A DNA stretch of 64,000 nt from an uncultured Actinomycetes bacterium (lineage in GTDB: Bacteria > Actinomycetota > UBA4738 > HRBIN12). Of the stretch, positions 50,833 through 59,895 are shown in pieces. The position numbers and the translations under genes were made by a program. The notes beneath the pieces are model-generated. The model was not told the DNA's origin. It ran no database searches and saw only the letters and a program-made list of their open reading frames with translations. The first letter of the stretch is position 1. The number at the start of each line of letters is the position of its first letter. The DNA lies in NCBI GenBank assembly GCA_963716935.1, contig CAVQUN010000002.1, forward strand, positions 149,830 through 213,829, in the 5' to 3' direction.

Positions 50833-52212
50833 ATGAGCCCCGCCCGGCTCGCCGACGTGACCCTTCCCGACTTCGGGATGCCCGAGGCCATGCCCGAGAT
50901 CCCCGCCTCCATCTATCGCGATCGATTGCGGCGGTTGCGGGAGCGGGCAGACGAGCAGGGCTACGACCGTCTCGTCGTGTACGCCGACCGCGAGCACAGC
51001 GCGAACCTCGCGTACCTCACGGGCTTCGACCCGCGGTTCGAGGAGGCCATGCTGGTCGTCGGAGAGCAGGAGGAGCCCGCGATCCTCGTCGGCAACGAGT
51101 GCTACGGCATGGCGGGGGCGGCGCCGCTGCCGATGCGGCGCGTCCGATTCCAGGACTTCAGCCTCCCGGGCCAGCCTCGGGACCGCTCGCGGCCGCTCGT
51201 GGACATCCTCGCCGAGGAAGGCATCCGCAGCGGCAGTCGGGTCGGGGTGATCGGCTGGAAGGAGTACGCGGATCGGGGGACGCTCGAGGTGCCGGGGTTC
51301 ATCGTCGACCGGCTGCGAGCCATGACCCCCTCGGGCGCGGTCGAGAACGCGGCGCACCTGCTCATCGCGGCCGCGGACGGGTTGCGGGTGATCAACGAGG
51401 TGGAGCAGCTCGCGGCGTTCGAGCACGCGGCGTGCTGGACGTCCTTCGGCGTCCGCCAGCTGCTCCACGGGCTGCGGCCGGGGACCCGGGAGCGGGAGGC
51501 CGTCGGCCTCTTGCAATGGAACGGCATGCCGTTGTCCTGTCACCTCATGCTGACGAGCGGCGACCGCGCCTCGTTGGGACTCCTCAGCCCCGGCGACCGC
51601 CGGATCGAGCGCGGCGACCGTTTCACCGTCGCGTTCGGGATCTGGGGCGCGTTGAACTGCCGGGCGGGCTTCGTGGTGGAGGACGCGGCCGAGCTGCCGG
51701 ACGGTGTCCGCGACTACGTCGACCGGCTGGTCGGCCCCTATTTCGAGGCGATCGCCGCGTGGTACGGCGCGCTGCACGTCGGCCAGACCGGCGGCGCGCT
51801 CTTCGAGATCATCCGGACGCGTCTCGGCGACCCGTTCTTCGGCATCTTCTTGAACCCCGGCCATCAGATCCACCTCGACGAGTGGGTCAACTCGCCGGTC
51901 GCCGCCGGATCGACGACGGAGCTCCGCTCGGGCATGGCGATGCAGGTCGACGTCATCCCCGCGACCGGGACCGACTACTTCACGACCAACATCGAGGACG
52001 GGATCGCGCTCGCCGACGAGTCCCTGCGCGCCGAGTTCGCGCGGGGCTACCCCCACGCGTGGGGGCGCATCCAGGCCCGCCGCGACTTCATGCGCGACGC
52101 CCTCGGCATCGAGCTCCATCCCGACGTGCTCCCGTTCTCCAACATCCCGGCGTGGCTGCCTCCGTTCCTGCTGAATCCCGCCCGCGCCATGACCCTGGAC
52201 GGTGTGGGGTGA
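50833..52212 (+). CDS. Divergent M24 (creatinase/Xaa-Pro peptidase) fold protein
   Basis: [24 protein letters not shown]-terminal domain; GHQIHLDEW and NIEDGI C-terminal motifs. Confidence 0.7.
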   Translation: MSPARLADVTLPDFGMPEAMPEIPASIYRDRLRRLRERADEQGYDRLVVYADREHSANLAYLTGFDPRFEEAMLVVGEQEEPAILVGNECYGMAGAAPLPMRRVRFQDFSLPGQPRDRSRPLVDILAEEGIRSGSRVGVIGWKEYADRGTLEVPGFIVDRLRAMTPSGAVENAAHLLIAAADGLRVINEVEQLAAFEHAACWTSFGVRQLLHGLRPGTREREAVGLLQWNGMPLSCHLMLTSGDRASLGLLSPGDRRIERGDRFTVAFGIWGALNCRAGFVVEDAAELPDGVRDYVDRLVGPYFEAIAAWYGALHVGQTGGALFEIIRTRLGDPFFGIFLNPGHQIHLDEWVNSPVAAGSTTELRSGMAMQVDVIPATGTDYFTTNIEDGIALADESLRAEFARGYPHAWGRIQARRDFMRDALGIELHPDVLPFSNIPAWLPPFLLNPARAMTLDGVG

Positions 52213-52348
52213 CGGGCGTCGGGTCGGCCAGGGGTGGGACGGCGCGCTCGTCGAGCTACCGTTTGCTTGTGTGGTGTCCGCAGACCGCGGGGGCACGTCC
52301 CCCGCACGAGCGCCGGGGAGCGATCCCGGCGGCGGAGGTGAGGTCGGC

Positions 52349-53512
52349 ATGACGTACGAACCCACGGCGGCGCACAAGTTCACGTTCGGGTTGTGGACCG
52401 TCGGCAACATCGGCATCGACCCGTTCGGCGAGCCCGTTCGCGAGGCGCTCTCGCCGGTCCAGCTCGTCGAGCTGCTCGCGGACGTCGGGGCCTGGGGCGT
52501 GAACTTCCACGACAACGACCTCGTCCCGATCGACGCGAGCGCCCACGAGCGCGACCAGATCGTGTCGGACTTCAAGAAGGCCCTGGACGCGACCGGCGTC
52601 GTCGTGCCGATGGCCACGACGAACCTGTTCCGGGACCCCGTCTTCCGCGACGGCGCGTTCACGGCGAACGACCCGAAGGTGCGAGCCTTCGCGATCCAAA
52701 AGACGATGCGCGCGATCGACCTCGGCGTGGAGCTCGGCGCCACGACGTACGTCTTCTGGGGCGGCCGCGAGGGCGTCGAGACCGACTCGTCGAAGGATCC
52801 ACTTCGCGCGCTCGGCTGGTATGCGGACGCGCTGAACTTCCTCTGTGGCTACGTGAAGGACCAGGGCTACGACCTGAAGTTCGCGCTCGAGTCCAAGCCG
52901 AACGAGCCTCGCGGCGACATCTACCTGTCCACCACGGGCGCGATGCTCGCCTTCATCTCGACGCTCGGGCACTCGGAGATGGTGGGCGTCAACCCCGAGG
53001 TGGCGCACGAGCACATGGCGGGGCTGAACTTCACCCACCACGTCGCACAGGCATGGTCGATGGGGAAGCTCTTCCACATCGACCTGAACGACCAGATCCC
53101 CGGCCGCTACGACCAGGACCTGCGGTTCGGCTCGGCGAACCCCAAGGCCGCGTTCTTCCTCGTGAAGCTCCTGGAGGACGTCGGGTACGCGGGCAGCCGG
53201 CACTTCGACGCGCACGCGTATCGGACCTCGGACTACGAGGACGTGAAGGCGTTCGCCCGGGGCTGCATGCGCACGTACCTCATCCTGAAGGAGCGGGCGG
53301 AGCGCTGGAACGCCGACCCGGAGATCCAGGCGCTCGTGGCGGAGATCACGGCGGACGACGGAGCGATGGCGGCCCTCCTCGGCCCGTACTCGGCGGAGCG
53401 AGCGGCCGCGCTCGGCGAGCTCGAGGTCGACCGCCGGGCCCTGGCCGCGCGCGGCCAGCCATACGAGCGGCTCGATCAGCTCACGGTCGAGCTGCTGCTC
53501 GGGGCTCGTTGA
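52349..53512 (+). CDS. xylA: Xylose isomerase (actinobacterial type)
   Basis: [48 protein letters not shown]. Confidence 0.96.
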   Translation: MTYEPTAAHKFTFGLWTVGNIGIDPFGEPVREALSPVQLVELLADVGAWGVNFHDNDLVPIDASAHERDQIVSDFKKALDATGVVVPMATTNLFRDPVFRDGAFTANDPKVRAFAIQKTMRAIDLGVELGATTYVFWGGREGVETDSSKDPLRALGWYADALNFLCGYVKDQGYDLKFALESKPNEPRGDIYLSTTGAMLAFISTLGHSEMVGVNPEVAHEHMAGLNFTHHVAQAWSMGKLFHIDLNDQIPGRYDQDLRFGSANPKAAFFLVKLLEDVGYAGSRHFDAHAYRTSDYEDVKAFARGCMRTYLILKERAERWNADPEIQALVAEITADDGAMAALLGPYSAERAAALGELEVDRRALAARGQPYERLDQLTVELLLGAR

Positions 53513-53540
53513 CGAAGGACGGCGTCGCGGAGGGCGGGCG

Positions 53541-55028
53541 GTGAGCCACGTCCTCGGGCTCGACGTTTCGACGACGGCGACGAAGGCCGTCCTGCTCGAC
53601 GGAGACGGCCGCGTCGCCGCGACGGGGGTGGCCGAGTATCGGTACGAGACCCCGAAGCCGCTGTGGAGCGAGCAGGACCCGTCTCGATGGTGGGACGCGA
53701 CCGCGGCGGCCGTTCGCGGCGCCCTCGAGGAGGCGAGCCTCGGCCCCGCCGACGTGGACGCCGTCGGCCTCGCGGGGCAGATGCACGGGTTGGTGGCCCT
53801 CGACGCGGACGACCGGGTCTTGCGGCCGGCGATCCTGTGGAACGATCAGCGCACGGGGGCGGAGTGCGAGCTCATCCGGGAGGCGCTCGGACTCGAACGG
53901 CTCATCGCCATCACCGGGAACGACGCCCTCCCGGGGTTCACCGCCCCGAAGCTGCTGTGGGTTCGCCGGAACGAGCCGGAGGTCTGGTCCCGGATCGCGC
54001 ACGTCCTCCTGCCGAAGGACTACGTCCGGCTCCGTCTGACCGGTGACCACGCGGTGGATCGAGCCGACGGCGCCGGGACGCTGCTGCTCGACCTCGGACG
54101 ACGGGACTGGTCGACCGAGGTGCTCGAGGCGCTCGAGCTCGACCCCGGCTGGCTGCCGCGGACGTTCGAAGGGCCGGAGATCACCGGGGCCGTCTCGGCC
54201 GAGGCCGCCGAGGTCGTCGGCCTCGCTCCCGGGACGCCGGTCGTCGCCGGGGGCGGCGACCAGGCCGCGGCCGCGGTCGGCGTCGGCGCGGTCGAGCCGG
54301 GAGTGCTCTCGCTCTCGCTCGGCACGTCCGGGGTGGTCTTCGCCACGACCGCCACGCCGCTCGTCGAGCCGCGCGGCCGGCTCCACGCGTTCTGCCACGC
54401 CGTGCCCGACCGCTGGCACGTAATGGGGGTGATGCTCTCGGCGGCCGGGAGCCTCCGCTGGTTCCGCGATGCTTTCGCGCCCGAGATGGACTTCGCCGAG
54501 CTCGTCGAGGAGGCCGCGCCGATCCCGAGCGGCAGCGACGGGCTGCTCTTCCTTCCGTACCTGACGGGCGAGCGGACGCCGCACCCGGACCCGCGCGCCC
54601 GCGGAGCGTTCGTGGGTCTCACCGTCCGCCACGGAAGGGCCCACGCGACGAGGGCCGTCCTCGAGGGCGTCGCCTTCGGGCTGCGGGACTCGCTCGAGCT
54701 CATGCGCTCGATCGGGCTCGGGGACGCGAGCGAGATCCGGGCCACCGGCGGCGGCAGTCGCAGCCCCCTGTGGCGGCAGATCGTCGCCGACGTGCTCGAC
54801 ACGACGGTCGTGACGACGTCGAGCACCGAGGGCGCGGCGCAGGGCGCCGCGATGCTCGCCGCCGTCGGCGTCGGGTGGTTCGACTCGGTGGAGTCGGCGT
54901 GTCGAACCCTGGTGGAGGTGGCGGGCGCGACCGAGCCTTCGGAGGCCGTGGGGGCCTACGCCGAGCCCTACGATCGGTACGTGGGGCTCTACCCGGCGCT
55001 GGCCGAGACGTTTCACGCCATCTCGTGA
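53541..55028 (+). CDS. xylB: Xylulokinase
   Basis: GLDVSTTATK, GQMHG, ILWNDQR, GGGDQAA, YLTGERTPH. Confidence 0.93.
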   Translation: MSHVLGLDVSTTATKAVLLDGDGRVAATGVAEYRYETPKPLWSEQDPSRWWDATAAAVRGALEEASLGPADVDAVGLAGQMHGLVALDADDRVLRPAILWNDQRTGAECELIREALGLERLIAITGNDALPGFTAPKLLWVRRNEPEVWSRIAHVLLPKDYVRLRLTGDHAVDRADGAGTLLLDLGRRDWSTEVLEALELDPGWLPRTFEGPEITGAVSAEAAEVVGLAPGTPVVAGGGDQAAAAVGVGAVEPGVLSLSLGTSGVVFATTATPLVEPRGRLHAFCHAVPDRWHVMGVMLSAAGSLRWFRDAFAPEMDFAELVEEAAPIPSGSDGLLFLPYLTGERTPHPDPRARGAFVGLTVRHGRAHATRAVLEGVAFGLRDSLELMRSIGLGDASEIRATGGGSRSPLWRQIVADVLDTTVVTTSSTEGAAQGAAMLAAVGVGWFDSVESACRTLVEVAGATEPSEAVGAYAEPYDRYVGLYPALAETFHAIS

Positions 55029-55052
55029 CGGAGCGAGCGGCGTCCCCGCGGA

Positions 55053-55760
55053 CTAGCCCCAAGAGGTCTCGGTGACCGGCCGGAAGGCGACCTCGAGGAT
55101 GCGGTGCGTGCGCGGCCGCGTGAGGACGAAGACCACCGCCTCGGCCACGTCGTCGGCGGTCATCATGCCGGCCAGCTCCGGCATCTCGGGGGTTCGGCCG
55201 TGACCCATGGCGAAGTCCGTCGCGACCCCGCCGGGACACACGTTCGTGCAGCGGACCCCCTGCGGCCGGAGCTCGTGGTCGAGCGCACGCGTGAACCCGA
55301 CCTGCGCGAACTTCGAGGCGCAATAGACCGCCTCGAACGGCAGACCGCGGCGGCCGGCCTCGGAGGCGAGCGTCACGATGTCGGCGGCGTCGCTGCGCAG
55401 CAGGTGCGGGAGCGCCGCCCGAACCGTGTAGATCGTCCCCTTCACGTTGAGGTCGATCATCTCCTCGATGTCCTCGGCGGGCAGGTCGAGGAACGGCCCG
55501 TAGGCGCCGGCGCCGGCGTTCGCCACCACGATGTCGAGCCCGCCGAACCGGTCGACGGTCTCGGCGACCAGCGACGCGATCGCCGCCGGGTCGCGCACGT
55601 CGCAGGGCCCGGCCACGGCGTCCTCGATGCCGAGGTCGTCGCCGCTGCGAGAGGCCAGCGCGAGCCGGACGCCCTGGCCGGCGAGCGCCCGCGCCACGGA
55701 CGCGCCGATCCCGCGGCTCGCGCCCGTGACGAGCGCCACCCGCCCCCGAAGATCCGTCAT
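55053..55760 (-). CDS. Short-chain dehydrogenase/reductase
   Basis: TGASRGIG, NAG, YCASK. Confidence 0.92.
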   Translation of the reverse strand: MTDLRGRVALVTGASRGIGASVARALAGQGVRLALASRSGDDLGIEDAVAGPCDVRDPAAIASLVAETVDRFGGLDIVVANAGAGAYGPFLDLPAEDIEEMIDLNVKGTIYTVRAALPHLLRSDAADIVTLASEAGRRGLPFEAVYCASKFAQVGFTRALDHELRPQGVRCTNVCPGGVATDFAMGHGRTPEMPELAGMMTADDVAEAVVFVLTRPRTHRILEVAFRPVTETSWG

Positions 55761-55896
55761 CTCGCGCTCCTTTCCGCTGGAGGTGGTTCGTGGTCGTGCG
55801 CATCCTCCCGCACCGACGTGTCGGCTGCATCGTGACCGACGTCGACGCGCCCGCCGGGCGATCCATCGGCCCCGTTGCGTGGCGGACGGCGACGCG

Positions 55897-56955
55897 ATGA
55901 CCGATCCCGTCCGCGTCGCCGTCGTCGGGTTCGGCCTTGGTGGCCGGGTCTTCCACGCCCCGCTGGTCGAGGCGGCCCCCGAGCTCCGGCTCGTCTCGAT
56001 CGTGACCGCGGACCCGTCCCGGGCGGAGGCGGCGAGAGCGCGTTACCCGAACGCTCGGGTCCTGCCCGGCGTGGACGCGCTGCTCGCGGCCGCGTCCGAT
56101 CACGACCTCGTCGTCGTGACGACCCCGAACCGCTCCCACGTCCCGATCGCGCTCGGCGCGATCGAGGCCGGGCTGCACGTGGTCGTCGACAAGCCCCTCG
56201 CGCCCCGCGCCGAGGAGGCGCGGAGCGCCGTCGAGGCCGCCGCCCGCGCGGGCCGGCTCCTCACGGTGTTCCAGAACCGGCGGCTCGACGGCGACTTCCT
56301 CACCGTTCGGCGGCTGGTCGAGGACGGCGCGCTCGGCCACATCGTCCGGTTCGAGTCGCGCTTCGAGCGCTGGCGCCCGGAGGTCGACGCCGGCGGATGG
56401 CGTGAGCTCGGCGCACCGGAGGAGGGCGGCGGCGTGCTGTTGGACCTCGGCGCGCACCTCGTCGACCAGGCGGTCCAGCTCTTCGGCCTGCCGGTCTGGG
56501 TCTACGCGGAGGTGGAGCGGCGGCGGGACGGAGCCGTCGTCGACGACGACGTGTTTGTCGCGCTCACCCACGACGGCGGGGTCCGGAGTCACCTGTGGAT
56601 GAGCCTCGTCGCCGCGTCGCTCGGCCCGAGGTTCCGGGTGCTCGGGCTCGAGGGGGCCTACGAGAAGGAGGGGCTCGACCCGCAGGAGGATCAGCTGTCG
56701 GAGGACGCGATGCCGGGCGACCCGGACTACGGCGTGGAGCCGAGCGATCGATGGGGACGACTGGTCCGCGGCGAGCGGTCCGAGCCCGTCGCCACGGAAC
56801 GGGGGGACTACGGACGGTTCTACGCCGACGTGGCCGACGCGGTCCGAAACGGCACGCCGCCGCCCGTCGACCCCGACGATGCGGTGCGCACCCTCGAGAT
56901 CCTGGAGGCCGCGGGGCGCTCGGCCGCGACGGGCGCGGTCGTCCCGATCTCCTAG
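55897..56955 (+). CDS. Gfo/Idh/MocA oxidoreductase
   Basis: GFGLGG, VVDKP, FQNRR.DGDF, LDLGAHLVD. Confidence 0.9.
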   Translation: MTDPVRVAVVGFGLGGRVFHAPLVEAAPELRLVSIVTADPSRAEAARARYPNARVLPGVDALLAAASDHDLVVVTTPNRSHVPIALGAIEAGLHVVVDKPLAPRAEEARSAVEAAARAGRLLTVFQNRRLDGDFLTVRRLVEDGALGHIVRFESRFERWRPEVDAGGWRELGAPEEGGGVLLDLGAHLVDQAVQLFGLPVWVYAEVERRRDGAVVDDDVFVALTHDGGVRSHLWMSLVAASLGPRFRVLGLEGAYEKEGLDPQEDQLSEDAMPGDPDYGVEPSDRWGRLVRGERSEPVATERGDYGRFYADVADAVRNGTPPPVDPDDAVRTLEILEAAGRSAATGAVVPIS

Positions 56956-57419
56956 CCGAGGCTGCTCCGGAGCATCCAGGCCGCCTTCTCGTGAACGCGG
57001 ATGCGCGCGGTGAGCAGGTCGGCCGTCGCGACGTCGCCGGCCTCATCGGCCACGCGCACGAGCGGCCGGGCGGTCCTCGCGATGGCCTGGTGACCGTCGG
57101 CGAGCCGGCGGACCATGTCCTCGTCGGTGGGGACGCGCTCCTCGTCGGGCATCGTCGCCAGCACGGAGAGCTCGGCGAACGAGCCGGGGGCGAACGAGCC
57201 CAGCGCCCGGATGCGCTCGGCGAGGTCGTCGATCGCGACCTGGAGCTCGAGGTACTGCTGCTCGAACAGCAGGTGGAGCTGCGCGAATCGCTGCCCGCCG
57301 ACGTTCCAGTGGTACCCCTGAGTCTTGACCAAGAGCGTGTACGAGTCGGCGAGCACGCCCGCCAGCTCCTCCGCGATCTCCTTGCGCGCCTGCTCGTCGA
57401 TGCCGGTGTCGACCTCCAT
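56952..57419 (-). CDS. dps: Dps DNA-protection/ferritin-like protein
   Basis: YHWNV, LHLLFE, DDLAERIRALG, HEKAAWML. Confidence 0.93.
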   Translation of the reverse strand: MEVDTGIDEQARKEIAEELAGVLADSYTLLVKTQGYHWNVGGQRFAQLHLLFEQQYLELQVAIDDLAERIRALGSFAPGSFAELSVLATMPDEERVPTDEDMVRRLADGHQAIARTARPLVRVADEAGDVATADLLTARIRVHEKAAWMLRSSLG

Positions 57420-57536
57420 GGTCGCCTCCTTCGGCTTGGCCTGCGATCGACGATAGGGAGCGCCGAGCCCGCGTCGCGAGGCCGAGCGGCTCGCGACTCG
57501 CGGGTCTTCGGGGCCCGCGAGCGCGAGCGTGGTCCC

Positions 57537-58730
57537 TCAGGCTCCGTACTTGGCGAGGCGGCCCGCGTTCGCCATGAGGATCGGCAGCAGCTCCCGTGCG
57601 GGGCGCCGGCCGAGCCCACCCCGGCGGCACCATCGCTCGCCGAAACGCTCGACCTCGTCGCGGCCGCAGCGGGGACCGTGCACCAGCACCGGCACCGGAT
57701 GCCAGGAGTGGGCGGCCATCTGGGAAGGGGTCGCGTGGTCGCCGGTTACGGCGATGACGTCCGGCTCGAGCGCGAGCAGGTCGGGCACCACGGCGTCGAG
57801 GCGCTCGATGGCCGCGATCTTGGCCTCGCGGTCGCCGTCCTCGCCGGCCGCGTCGGCGTCCTTGTGGTGCAGGAAGAAGAAGTCCGCGTCGGATCGATGC
57901 TGACGAAGGAGCGCGAGCTCTCCGGCGAGATCCTCGGGAGGGCCGAGCACCCGGAAGCCCAGGAGCCGGGCGATCCCGCGATACATCGGGTAGACGGCGA
58001 CCGCGGCCGCCCGCATGCCCGTCCGCTCCTCGAACGCGGGCAGCTCGCGATGCGCGTCGAACCCGCGGAGCAGGATCCCGTTGGCGGCCGGCTCGTCGGC
58101 GAGCACCTCGCGCGCCTGCCGGATCACCTGGGCGACGAGGTCGGCCGTCGGTTCGGCCGCGGGGTCGAGCGCACGGGGCTCGAGCGGCGGCACCCCGGTG
58201 TGCTGCGGATCGGTGTCCGCCAGCCGTGGGTCCAGCCCGTCGCCGCGAAGCACCAGGAGGAAGCGATGGCCGCGCTCGTGCCGGAAGACGAGCTCGGCGC
58301 CGGGCACCACGACTCTGGCGGCGAGCCGGTCGATCACCCGTCGCGCGTCGGCGTCGGCGGGCCGGCCCGCGCGGCGGTCCTGGACCGCGCCGTCCGCGCC
58401 GATCGTGCAGAGGTTGCCCCGCGCGGCCACGTCTCCCGGGTTCAGGGGGACGTCGAGCCCCGCCGCCGAGAGCGCCCCGCGGCCGAGGAGGTGCTCGAGC
58501 GGGTCGTAGCCGAAGAGCGCGAGGTGACCGGGGCCCGAGCCGGGGGTGATCCCGGGGCCGACCGGGTCGAGCAGGCCGGTCACCCCGCCGGACGCCAGCT
58601 CGTCCAGGTTGGGCGTGCGCGCCTCTTCGAGCTCCGTCCCGTGCACGGCGTCGGCCATTCCCCCGAGCCCGTCGAGGACGACCAGCACGATGGTGGAGTC
58701 GCTCTGCACCGCGAGCTCACGAACCAGCAC
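57537..58730 (-). CDS. apgM: 2,3-BPG-independent phosphoglycerate mutase (archaeal ApgM type)
   Basis: VLDGLG, TPNLD, PGSGPGHLALFGYDP, DAAGEDG, TGDHATP, HSWHPVP. Confidence 0.88.
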   Translation of the reverse strand: MLVRELAVQSDSTIVLVVLDGLGGMADAVHGTELEEARTPNLDELASGGVTGLLDPVGPGITPGSGPGHLALFGYDPLEHLLGRGALSAAGLDVPLNPGDVAARGNLCTIGADGAVQDRRAGRPADADARRVIDRLAARVVVPGAELVFRHERGHRFLLVLRGDGLDPRLADTDPQHTGVPPLEPRALDPAAEPTADLVAQVIRQAREVLADEPAANGILLRGFDAHRELPAFEERTGMRAAAVAVYPMYRGIARLLGFRVLGPPEDLAGELALLRQHRSDADFFFLHHKDADAAGEDGDREAKIAAIERLDAVVPDLLALEPDVIAVTGDHATPSQMAAHSWHPVPVLVHGPRCGRDEVERFGERWCRRGGLGRRPARELLPILMANAGRLAKYGA

Positions 58731-58841
58731 GCACCGATGGTAGACAACCTCCCGTCCGCGCGAGAGCGACGGTCCGACGCCGCCCGCGACCTCGGGAAAT
58801 GGGTCTTGCGCCCGGAAGCTTGCAGGTGCCACACTTCGGCC

Positions 58842-58912
58842 TGGCGTCCGAGCTGCAAGGCTCGGCCGATGGACGGCGGCGCGACGCGGGCACGCGCCGC
58901 CGTCTGCTTTGT
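58842..58912 (+). ncRNA. Candidate small two-hairpin RNA
   Basis: TTGCGC-N18-CACACT promoter (58806-58835); hairpin CCGAGC-tgcaag-GCTCGG; 12-bp stem (58872-58904) followed by TGCTTTGT. Confidence 0.35.
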
Positions 58913-58978
58913 CGGGAAGGGTCAAGCCCCTCCGGCGCGAAAGGCACGCCGACCTCCGGTGCTACCCTGGGCGGCTCC

Positions 58979-59050
58979 GGGCGCGTAGCTCAGCGGGAGA
59001 GCGCTCGCCTCACACGCGAGAGGTCGCAGGTTCAAAACCTGCCGCGCCCA
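58979..59050 (+). tRNA. tRNA-Val (CAC)
   Basis: Acceptor GGGCGCG/CGCGCCC, anticodon arm CTCGC-CTCACAC-GCGAG, GGTTCAAAACC T-arm. Confidence 0.96.
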
Positions 59051-59130
59051 CCGGGACACGTTGCGGACGGTCGTGTCAGCCGGAGACCCGTTCGGTAGCG
59101 TTGGGCCGGATCGGCGAGGGGGCACCGTAC

Positions 59131-59895
59131 ATGTCCGCGACCATCGAATCCGTTCCGCCGGCTCCGGCGACCGCCGGGGCCGCGAGGGCGATCGCGCTCT
59201 CCAAGGTTTACGGCCGCGGCGACGCCGAGGTCCGCGCGCTCGACGCCGTGTCGGTGGAGTTCGAGCGGGGCCGGTTCAGCGCCATCATGGGTCCCTCGGG
59301 CTCGGGGAAGTCGACGCTGCTGCACTGCATGGCGGGACTCGATGCGCCGACGTCCGGCCAGGTGTTCATCGGGGACGTCGACCTCACGACCCTGTCCGAG
59401 AAGCAGCTGACGCTGCTTCGACGCAAGAAGGTCGGGTTCGTCTTCCAGACGTTCAACTTGATCCCGACGCTCACCGCCGCCGAGAACATCACGCTCCCGC
59501 TCGACATCGCCGGCGACGAGCCCGATCGGGCCTGGTTCGACACCGTGGTGGACACGGTTCGCCTTCGCGATCGGCTCGACCACCGCCCGAGCGAGCTCTC
59601 GGGCGGCCAGCAGCAGCGCGTCGCCGGGGCGCGGGCGCTCGTCAGCCGCCCGGAGATCGTCTACGCCGACGAGCCGACGGGCAACCTGGACTCGAAGGCG
59701 AGCCACGAGCTCCTGGAGTTCCTGCGCAGCGCGGTGAAGGACCACGGTCAGACGATCGTCATGGTGACCCACGACGCCGTCGCGGCGTCCTTCGCCGACC
59801 GCATCGTGTTCCTCGAGGACGGACGTATCGTCGACGAGATGCTCGAGCCCACCACCGAGCGCGTGCTCGATCGCCTCAAGTCCTTGGAGGCGTAG
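59131..59895 (+). CDS. ABC transporter ATP-binding protein (LolD/MacB-like)
   Basis: GPSGSGKS, LSGGQQQR, DEPTGNLD. Confidence 0.93.
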   Translation: MSATIESVPPAPATAGAARAIALSKVYGRGDAEVRALDAVSVEFERGRFSAIMGPSGSGKSTLLHCMAGLDAPTSGQVFIGDVDLTTLSEKQLTLLRRKKVGFVFQTFNLIPTLTAAENITLPLDIAGDEPDRAWFDTVVDTVRLRDRLDHRPSELSGGQQQRVAGARALVSRPEIVYADEPTGNLDSKASHELLEFLRSAVKDHGQTIVMVTHDAVAASFADRIVFLEDGRIVDEMLEPTTERVLDRLKSLEA

